From: Lingula anatina
Taxonomy: Eukaryota > Animalia > Brachiopoda
Assembly (NCBI GenBank): GCA_051362555.1
Contig: CM120644.1
Span: forward strand, 15,150,534-15,214,533
Direction: 5' to 3'
DNA: 64,000 nucleotides
Notes under the pieces: model-generated
What the model was told of the DNA's origin: nothing
What the model saw: only the letters and a program-made list of their open reading frames with translations
Databases searched by the model: none
Made by a program: the position numbers and the translations under genes
Shown here: positions 54,501 through 64,000 of the stretch, in pieces
How the letters are laid out: each line of letters begins with the position of its first letter
Numbering within the stretch: the stretch's first letter is position 1

Positions 54501-55111
54501 CCAGCAGTATGGTTCCCCAGTTAAATCGGCATTCGGTAATTTCTTCCGTGTTTGAGCACTAATGTGAAGTACATATGCACAGTGTGTAACCTTGTTATTA
54601 TAAAAGGACAGAGAGTGCGAGACGCGTCCATGCACATTAGACACCGGGTATTAAGTGATTCAATTAAGTCGGAAACAGTCTGTAATGTGAATCGAGCACA
54701 TTTTATTAATGAAAAGGCGCATATTTAACCAAAGCGTAGGACGAAACTCCCCTTTACGCCTGTCCATTACGTTGCAAATATGAGAACCAAAGACGAAAAA
54801 GGACGTATTTTTCCAGTGATCCACACCATGTTAAAGATTCATTTGAAAATGCAATAGCCTTAATGTTTTTCTGGTCTTTGACTGGGTTTCAATGAATATG
54901 CATTAAAACAACTAATGACTTGTACAGGTTGTTCATCGCCGCTAATTTGAAAGACGCTAGGCTCGATAACCGTGGCGAATTGTATTCATGGTCCGTTTAA
55001 TTAAATCGCGACCGGTCGATAATTACAAAAAAAATTATGTATCAAATGTCATTAATATTATAGGCATGTACAATACTACTTAAAGTCCCTGAAAGGCATC
55101 ACTTTTATCTT

Positions 55112-55279
55112 ATTTGTTTGTCTGTCTGCCTGTCTGTCTGTCTGTTTGTTTGTTTCTTTGTTTGTTTGTCTGTCTGTCTGTCTGTCTGCCTGTCTGTCTG
55201 TCTGTTTGTTTGTGTGTTTGTTTCTTTGTTTGTTTGTCTGTCTGTCTGTCTGTTTGTTTGTTTGTGTGTTTGTTTGTTT
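55112..55279. repeat. (TTTG/TCTG)n compound tetranucleotide repeat
   Basis: Direct reading; explains four overlapping spurious ORFs. Confidence 0.95.
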
Positions 55280-56673
55280 TTGTGGTTGTTTGTTTAGACC
55301 GCCGAACAAACATTGTCCTCGCACACCGACGTTACTTTCACTTCATCCGTCAAATAAACTTAAGTACTAAAGCACTTCCCAGGACTCTACTTTTAATGCA
55401 TTGCATAGAAAAATAATGCTGGCAGGAAGACGAGCAGTACGCTAAATAGTACAGACGTGCCCTGGTGTTAGCAGTACGAGGTCTTATTGTTCCTTGTGCT
55501 TCCTGCCGCAGTGCAGTAGTGTAATTAAATACGTACATGAATTGCTGACCCGATCCAAGTTATTATGAACCAATTTCTAAAATAAATTGAAATGTTACAG
55601 GTAAATGTAATGTTTCCACAATGGAGATACGAAAATATTTGACATCTGGTTCGTTAGAGAAGAATGTACAAAGGCGTTTTATCTTACATGTACGTTCCTC
55701 GTTGATCAATTAGTTAATTTTATTACAAAATTACTATATGATTTGAATTTTGTACTCCTGTAAATAAATTCGTTTGTGTTGTCAGTGTCTTTTATTTATA
55801 TTTGTGTTATCACTACTTTTTAAAGTCAAAATTCCAATTTCCGCTGCAGCATTTTGCCGACATTGTTGATTTATCAAGTATAAAGTCGTAGCCTGGTTGG
55901 AGACTTGGTTTCGCATCCTGGCGTGCGATGTTGATTCAAATTCATGTTGGCATGTTTTCCATTTGTTTTCGCAGTTCCTGATTCCATTCTGTCAAGATTT
56001 GTTGCGTAGGTTTTTGTGGATGTTACTCCTGTAGATTCTCTTTTTTTTCTGTCTGTGGTTGCATGTTTTGCATGGTAAATAATATGATTCGGATTATCTT
56101 GCCTGTTGTCTACGTACTCTTGAAATACGTACGTTGAAGCGTCTCTTGAAATAACCAAGTATATATGTTGAATATCATTTTAGAATGACATCAAAAAAAG
56201 TATATGTACAATTTCAGACTTCCAGCTGAAGCGTACATTTCGACCCAGATAAGTATTCTGATAAAAATAAACAAATAAAAATAATGTAAAATGTTTTCCA
56301 GAACGTTGGCAGATCACTGTTTCACCACAATTAACGTGCACGTGCACAACGGCATGTTTCATAGTGCATCTTACATATACATGTACCATTAGGCTTAACA
56401 AGACCCGATGAACTTATTAGTAAGTAGTTTAGTTTAAGTAAAGTCGACCCTGAGATAATGGTTAAATTTACAAACGATTGGCCCTGAATAAATGCAGTGG
56501 GCATACCGAAATGAGCTATGCCGTCAACACTATGAGTTTGAAAATGGGATACCACTATAAAAAGAAAGCAATTCCCTCTTGGGGATTGGTTAAAATACAA
56601 TGGTAACGAAATAAGCGACCTGTAAGATTGTTTGTGAAATGGAATTTAGTCTTTTAGGTTCGTGGCAGTCTTA

Positions 56674-56920
56674 GGGGCCCTTTATATTGAATTTTTTCGA
56701 CCTAGCTATACTGCACTAACTCCACGGGGACTCCTGCTGAATGCAATCAGATTAACAGATAACGCGCCTCTGTTTTGTTCCCAACGTACTCATATAATCA
56801 CCGTTTTTAGTCTACTCAAGAGTGGGCGTGTTAGTCCGTAAATCTGATTGTAATCAGCCCGAGTCCCCATGGGGTTGGTGCGCATTACCTAGGTCGACAA
56901 AATTCATTGCGAGCGGCCCC
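56674..56920. mobile_element. Long-palindrome MITE with TTA TSD
   Basis: tta|GGGGCC...GGCCCC|tta; inverted blocks tcgacctag/ctaggtcga, ggggactc/gagtcccc, caatcagatt/aatctgattg. Confidence 0.75.
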
Positions 56921-59900
56921 TTAGCAGCCAATGTTGTATTGAGAGCCTCATAGACGTTATTGTTAAAGGGATAATAACTCTTCGTTTCGGCCAAAAAATT
57001 AATTTTCCTGGAGTAAACAAAAATTTTCCCATACTAACCAAAGGTTAATGAATCCATTTTTACATTCAAAGTTAGTCCCTGGTTTTTTTCTAAGAAGTTT
57101 GGTTTTTTGTTAAAATCTCTTAAGAGATTTTAAAAGAGTATAGCCATCAATGGAGGTCACGTGGTCTAGAGACAAGCTCAGATATCAGAAAAAATAGCTA
57201 TAACTGCCGTTTTTGTGGTAAAACAATATATTATTATATTTCTATGAGTTATTCACAATGTTTTTATTGTGAAATATAGATATCATACGAAGAGTTATTA
57301 TCCCTTTAATATTGTTATTCAATTATAGTGTTCATGCTACGATTCATGTGGATGGTCGTGTTACTTTTTATGACATGACGGTTCGTGAACAAACTGTGAA
57401 ACTAATCGTTTTGGGGTATCAAGGAATGTGTGTGTTGGGTGAGTGTGTAGGTGCGTGTGGGTGTGTGTGGGTACGCGTGGGTGTGGGTGGCTGTGTGTGT
57501 GGGTACGTGTTTGCGTTAGCAAAAAGGTTGTGAAACTTATAGGTGTTAGGTCTGTTTATAAAATAGTCAGGCACCAACCTTTTTCTATCATTTATGAGTA
57601 AATTGCAATCCATTATATAATGAAACTCAACCAGGGTAATTAGAGCTATATTGCTACATGTACTTCCGTAAGTGACCCTACGATAATAATTTGGCAAGGA
57701 CAAGAGGCCGCATAGCCGTTTTGTTTTTTATAAGTTGGGGATGGCAGGAAGGGGGGTCCGCGTAACAGAAAGGCCTGGGGGTCCGATAAACATAAAGTCC
57801 GCCCTCCATTTAATTATAATGGTTAGGGAAAGCCTGACCTCAACGAAGGAATGGGAAGCGGGCTCTTTATCATGGGGAATACTCTGTTACGTTACACCTG
57901 CCCTTATTTTTACTCAGACATCTGAATGTGTCAGATTAGCGTGTCTACGCGCAGTATATGTTTCATGTGATGTAACTATATAAATCTAGTAATCAAATGC
58001 GCCATTTTCACACAGTGGACAAACAACGGATCAGATTAAAAAAACGCAGGCATTTTCTCATTTTCTTGTTCGGAATCAAGATAAGTCGACTGCTTATAGA
58101 CGCCATGAGGTGGATTAACCTTTGAAACTATGGGGAACTTTTCGATCAAAGCATAAAGTTGTGGATTATTACATCTGTTATGACGTGATAAGTGATTAAG
58201 AACAATTTAGTACTGAGAGAAGTTAAAGTTAACTCAAAGCTTCCTGTTGCTTTTATGGCTGAGATGAAACGATGGATATATAATCCAATTTCATAAATAC
58301 CAAGCAATAGATCAAACAGCACGCATACCACGACCATGTAACAGAAAGGAAATAAGACATTTCATGGCTATGATTACGTGCTTGTAGTTTAATAAATTGC
58401 ATTACAAAATAGAAAACATAAAAAATGAGAATCCAAAAATAATTTTTCGAGCCGAGATTATGATGAGCCTAGAGGTTTCGATCCATCTTTTATATTCACT
58501 CTGTTCATTATTTCGTGAATCACCGTTGACTTCCTATTTTACTTCCTACCGTTGTCATTTCAACTGCGAAAAGATATGCCCCCTGCTTCAATATAAAAGG
58601 GATCTAAATTTTCGTAGCAATACTCAGTAGAATGAAATCGAAAAACCATTTTATTACTTCCGACAAGGAAGTTATGTTTGTGGTCCCGCCAGTTAGTTAT
58701 ATGTGGTTAGTTTTTGAGTCTATCTGTTAGCAGCATTATGCAAAATAAAATTAAAAAATAAAAATAAAAACATGGACGGATTTAGATGAAATTGTCAGGT
58801 TAGGTAACAAATGGACCAAGGAAGATATAATTAGGTTTTGGGGATGGCACGGCCTACCACTGAGGCACAAGCAGTGATAATTACGTCTTTGGCCTATTTT
58901 AGTGGGGCAGCTCGTAGACGTATTTTACAAGCTGTGTCCTGACCTATTGCACTAACAGTAAGGCCATGTAGACATTGATTGATTACCTTGGCAGGGCTAA
59001 GAATGAATGTCAGAGGTCTGCAACTCTGTAATTGCTTTTCTAGTTTTCTTATATCATGACTAAAATTTATAGAAATATTCATAAATTTTAAGATGTAATA
59101 TGAATAAGCCTGGTATTGAACTCTAGGGCGTGCCTTACTAGAAACGGCCGCTATACCCGTGTATGAGACTATCAATAAAAGAAAGGAAAGCCTTTGCGGG
59201 GAATATATTTCCTTCGATTGAACATATGCCAGATTAGATATGTCGCAGCTGGCTTAGAAGTGAACATTCTATGCCAAATAGTTGTAACATGCATTTGTTT
59301 TTTTGGCTCGACATCATGAAGCTAATAATACACCGTAAACCATTACCACAACCCACGACCAACTGTAAGATAACAGCTCATTTCACTGCTTGAACGTGCC
59401 GTGCAGGAACGCTAGAGAAAATATGTAAGCTGCTCGTGGAACATTAATAGCTTGCCCGTGCTGCAGGTGTAACGCTGCAGTCGGTGGATTTCGCAAATGG
59501 AGAAAGCCTGTCGAGGCAGAGATCTTTTACGCGGATCCACACCAATGTTCACCAGTTAAGCTGGTCTTTATGTGTCCTTGGGTTTTTTCTTTGAGCGCCT
59601 TTACGTAAATCGGACACGAACCATGGAATTTCGGATTGCGTTTTACGAGGTACAAAATGTGTCATTACATAAACAGAAAAAAAAAACATTTCATTACACC
59701 AAGTTGTGTGGGTGAGTTTCATTCTCGAATTAATGTCGAACTGATTGTTTTAGTCTGCGCTGTTCCAACTGGTTAAAAAAAGCTTAAAGGTGCCGCTCGT
59801 TTGGGGTTCTTGTTTGTTATTAAACGCTTGCCACCGGCACGCGCTTCTGTTCAAATAAGCAACCAATTGAAGGTGATTGGGCTTCAAAGCTGCTCTTCAG

Positions 59901-61120
59901 ATTAATTCCTTAAGCGACAAACAGTAGGAGAAAGTCTGTGAAAAGTTTCAGCTTTACATTAAAGAAAACTTAAGCACGGGCCAGCACGAAGGTCGTTTGA
60001 GCCTGCAGAAGAGGTGTCCAAAATGTTTCTTTCGCGTTTGTGAAAAAAAAGAACAAAGAAACGCCAAATGCAATTAAGACTCACATATTGGTTTAAAGGC
60101 AACATAACGATTCGTTACGTATTTTTTTCTGTATGCTTTCTAGATCTGCTCAGTGAAATAAACGTTTTGTAAAGGGTGAAATCTGAGAGAAATTACGTGA
60201 AGACGTGCTGTTATTCCCCCGATGAAAGCATCCATCTCGCTCTAATTAAAGATCCGGAAAGCACACTGTGTATTTTAATAGAGGACCATGATGTGTAGAA
60301 TGCAATGAGAATACCGCATTACTGAAACGATTTTAGTATACACCTACTCTTGAGGAGCTTAAGAAATCCTAATACCTACATGTACCGGTAACATAAGACT
60401 CCAGCATAAAAAGATAACCTTTAAGATGCATTTGAAGGCATTTATTTTATTATTATTATTAATTTTTTTTTTTTTTTGCTACAAAAGCCGACCAAATACC
60501 ACCATGTAGTTTCTAACACTAGAACTCGGACAGTGTTGCTGTGTTCTATAATATAAGTAAATGAGAACATGCTCCTTTACTTGAATCACAGTTTACCACC
60601 GGGACAAAATTCTTCCCACCATCACGATATATTCATAAATAATAGAACAAATCACGCTAAAACCCCATGCACCTTAATAGAAACATTGTATTCTTCTCTC
60701 GGTGGCACATTAACCAAAATCATACTTGACAACCCTTTTCGGGGTTTCTTAATGAAATGAAAGAGCACTAAGTCGGAAAGATAAATGGTTCCGGTTAAAT
60801 CTCAGCTGATTATCAGCTTTTTAAGACACAGAATAAGGAAATAAAAGAAATCGAAAAATGAGAAAACGCGAAATTGATTCAATCCATCATAAGTTCCTTC
60901 CTTGTTAGACTCTGCGCCGTACTTCGACAGTGGCCACCAGGCTGGATGAATTTGGCTGAATTGATTTGATCTTATTAAGCTTTCCGTATCGCGTCCCGCT
61001 GAGGACGGGCACCGATGCGTGATAAGTGGACGATGTACGGATAGGGGGAAAACACGGCGGCGTTGATTCTAATGTCATCTGTTCGGGTTTCTCTCAGAGG
61101 AGGCGATAGAGAAAACACAT

Positions 61121-61123
<3 letters not shown>

Positions 61124-61158
<35 letters not shown>

Positions 61159-63728
61159 TGCATTTATTCACTCAAAAAAAAAAAAAAAAAAAAAGAAAAT
61201 ATACAAAGATAATCAAAGATTGAAAGATTGAATGCATGTAATACAATGCTGGTGATAATTACGGTAATTAAATACTAATAGGTAAATAAAAAGATCATAA
61301 ATATATAGATTTACTCTCACTCACTCATCCATCCATACATACTACGCGTATGCATGCTTGTTGTGAGCTACATCTCGGCAACTATGACATATATAATGAA
61401 ATATTTAGACAGAAAATCAAAGATTAAATGCATATGATACTGATAATAATTACGGTAATTAAATACTGATAAATAAATAAGAACATAAATATATAGACTT
61501 ACTTTCACTCACTCATCCGTCCATACATACTACACGTATACATGCTTGTTGTGAACTACATAACGGCAACTATAGCGTACTAGAGGTGAAAATTTTAACA
61601 CGTTATGGTAGGAATGCGTTTCCATTTTGTATTGAACCTGTCTTCTTTTCCTGTCTTTATTGCAATGTATTTTTCTATTTTCTTCTTCTGACTAAGAAAA
61701 TGCAGAAACAGTTCAAAATCATAGACTGATGGATTTTCTGAATTTTTGTTTATGAATTGTTTAGCCACAATAATGCAGAAATTTAAAGCTTTTACGCGCT
61801 GGTCGCTTGACAGACACCCGTACATTATAGTTTTTTCATTTTTTCTGAAGTGTATGGTGTTATTCGGAATGTTCCACCAGTTTTCAAATGCAATCCAAAA
61901 ATTTCTTGCACGTACACATTCTACAAAACGATGTATTATTGTTTCTTTCATATGGCAGTTAATACATCCTGGGCTAGTAACTATTTTCATTTTGAACAGT
62001 GTAGAATTTGTGTACAGCACATTGTGAATTATTCTGTATTGCATTATTTGTAGTTGAGTTTCTTTGACAGACTCAAATGGTATCAAGAAAACTCTCTGCC
62101 AATCATTTTCACTTACGCCTGATTTGATAAGATGCAAACTTGCTGTGGGTAAATTTATTACATTTCTTTCTATTAGCTTATCGTAAATGGTTTTTGTAGA
62201 GGCTAGAGTCCATACTATCTCATCTGAGTCTGTGTTGTCAACTGTTTCTGCATTTTCCCGAAGTTTACGTAACCATGATATCGGAATTGATTTTTTTACT
62301 TTTTCGTATTCTAGAAAATTCGGCAGCTTAATGTCGAAGTTGTGTTGATTTATTATTTCTTCTAATGATATAAATTCACCATTAATATTTATAATATCTT
62401 GCATATAATTTACTCCGGCTTTTGACCAATGCCTTAGATATATTGACTTTTTGTTTACAAGTATGAATCTATTATTCCATATTATCTGTTTCTTTATATC
62501 GGAGGCATTATTAGGGTCTGTTTGTATTACATCACTCCATGCATCTAGCATGGCTACGTAAAAAGGTGGTATGTCCGAAATGTTAATATTCTTCAGTTCA
62601 TAATTACAACTGAAAATAAGTTTTCCTCCCACACTTCTTAAATATTTCAGTATGTTTATAACCCACGGATCATCGTTGTCAGCTAACATTATGCGCTTAA
62701 CCATTGAGGCCTTCAGAGACCGCACGTGCGATGGCACATGCGTCAAATTTAAACCACCTTTACTCTTTGGGGCTATTAATGTATTTTGCTTTAATTTTGG
62801 TTTTTTATCATTCCATAGAAATTTTTTGAATGAAGCATCTATCCTCAAAATAATATCATTTGGGGTCTCAAGAACTGTATTAGCATAAACCAGTTTAGCC
62901 AGACCCAATGTTTTCAGTATTTGTATCTTTCCAATCCATGTGAGGTCTCTGCTGGACCAAAGGTTAAGCAGCTTTTCAATTTGATCAACTTTACTATCGA
63001 AGTCTAGAAACCTGCAGCTTTCGTAATCGTAAGAGAAATGAATTCCGAGAGCTTTTATTGGTCTATCCGGCCATAGCAACCCGAGGGGCTTTTCGTCGTT
63101 GAATCTATTGCTTCCAAGCCACAGGGCTTCGGACTTGCTCAAGTTTAGTTCTAAACCAGAAATTTGTTTGAATTCAGATATTAATTTCAATGCGTTTTTA
63201 GCGGACCCAACATCATTTAGAAATAGCGTTGTATCGTCGGCATATTGGCATAATTTGTGTTCATGACGATCAATAGTAATTCCCCGTATGGATGGATCTG
63301 CGCGTATTGCGCAGGCTAGTATTTCTACGGCCAGCACGAATAAAGGGCCGGACAGTGGGCATCCTTGTCTTACACCTCTTGTAATTGAAAAGAATCGCGA
63401 GGAATATCCGTTGTTTGTAATACAACTGGAAGCATTGGCGTACATAATGTCAAACCACTGAATGAAGTCAGGGCCAAAGTTGAATATTTTCAGGCATTTT
63501 TTTATAAATTCCCATTCAATGCAATCGAACGCTTTTTTAAAATCTAAGAAAATTGCCATCCCTTCTTTATTTTGCCTTTTTGTTGAGTACATAAGATCCC
63601 AGATGAGTCTTATATTTTCACCGATATATCTTTTTTTAACGTACCCGGTTTGGTTTTTGTTGATAATGGTTGGTAAAGTCATTTCCATTCGTTTTGCAAG
63701 TGCTTTTGCGGCTATTTTGTAGCTTACG
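61124..63728 (-). mobile_element. 5'-truncated non-LTR retrotransposon (L1/Tx1-like LINE)
   Basis: RT ORF, 3' UTR, AATAAA (plus-strand tttatt 61163-61168), poly(A) tail (T-run 61124-61156), TSD GAGAAAACACATTGA at 61109-61123 and 63729-63743. Confidence 0.95.
61595..63721 (-). CDS. LINE ORF2 remnant: reverse transcriptase plus C-terminal Cys/His zinc-binding motif; endonuclease lost to truncation
   Basis: YKIAAKALAKR upstream of the listed Met; QTGY, LDFKKAFD, GVRQGCPLS, QYADDTT, KALGI motifs; CINC..ETIIHRFVEC; no stops over about 700 codons. Confidence 0.93.
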   Translation of the reverse strand, partial: YKIAAKALAKRMEMTLPTIINKNQTGYVKKRYIGENIRLIWDLMYSTKRQNKEGMAIFLDFKKAFDCIEWEFIKKCLKIFNFGPDFIQWFDIMYANASSCITNNGYSSRFFSITRGVRQGCPLSGPLFVLAVEILACAIRADPSIRGITIDRHEHKLCQYADDTTLFLNDVGSAKNALKLISEFKQISGLELNLSKSEALWLGSNRFNDEKPLGLLWPDRPIKALGIHFSYDYESCRFLDFDSKVDQIEKLLNLWSSRDLTWIGKIQILKTLGLAKLVYANTVLETPNDIILRIDASFKKFLWNDKKPKLKQNTLIAPKSKGGLNLTHVPSHVRSLKASMVKRIMLADNDDPWVINILKYLRSVGGKLIFSCNYELKNINISDIPPFYVAMLDAWSDVIQTDPNNASDIKKQIIWNNRFILVNKKSIYLRHWSKAGVNYMQDIININGEFISLEEIINQHNFDIKLPNFLEYEKVKKSIPISWLRKLRENAETVDNTDSDEIVWTLASTKTIYDKLIERNVINLPTASLHLIKSGVSENDWQRVFLIPFESVKETQLQIMQYRIIHNVLYTNSTLFKMKIVTSPGCINCHMKETIIHRFVECVRARNFWIAFENWWNIPNNTIHFRKNEKTIMYGCLSSDQRVKALNFCIIVAKQFINKNSENPSVYDFELFLHFLSQKKKIEKYIAIKTGKEDRFNTKWKRIPTITC

Positions 63729-64000
63729 GAGAAAACACATTGATGCTCTTTCTAAATGTCGTATATGTGTCCAGAAAACCACTGAAATGCACTAAAATAA
63801 GCCCATAACCGTATATTATAATATTGGCCAATTATGTCCATGATCATGTTAATTTTCCATATAATTTATTGTAAAACTATGTATCCGTTTCAAGCATTGC
63901 TGTACATAAATTGTATTCAGTGGGTAGCATTTTGGAGGGAATATTACGTACCCTTTACCAGGGCCACAGATTGATTTTTTCACCAGATATTTACAGATAT

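Noticed and set aside
55076-55416. Four QTDR/VCLS-repeat ORFs
   Set aside because: Tetranucleotide repeat.
61746-63722. Plus-strand ORFs inside the LINE
   Set aside because: Antisense shadows of the RT ORF with no recognisable motifs.
1-64000. Frequent TACATGTA palindromes; CRISPR arrays, tRNA/rRNA, prokaryotic systems
   Set aside because: TACATGTA is scattered with no positional pattern and is probably a genome-wide compositional bias. No repeat-spacer array or structural RNA gene was recognised, and the DNA is clearly spliceosomal-eukaryotic.

Overview
AT-rich, intron- and microsatellite-rich animal (probably invertebrate) genomic DNA; almost all ORFs in the supplied track are spurious. 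Manual splice reconstruction shows two class B1 (secretin-family) GPCR genes arranged tail-to-tail. Gene A (+ strand, coding 17625..27407) is a complete CRF/DH44/PDF-receptor-related protein with 10 core coding exons (442 aa), no evident signal peptide, and three possible C-terminal tails. Gene B (- strand, coding from at least 43536 down to 32137 or 30514) is a calcitonin/DH31-type receptor with 11 phase-consistent exons; its first ECD exon is unresolved (odd candidate at 49945..50101). A young 5'-truncated L1/Tx1-like LINE with intact RT ORF, poly(A) tail and 15-bp TSD lies at 61124..63728. Several MITE families and microsatellites are scattered throughout. Most notable observations: parallel C-tail switching at a matching donor in both receptors, two precise intron differences between the genes, a cluster of TGACGTCA palindromes (exonic, and just downstream of splice donors), and back-to-back poly(A) signals between the genes. 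All gene models are read by eye and lack transcript support.
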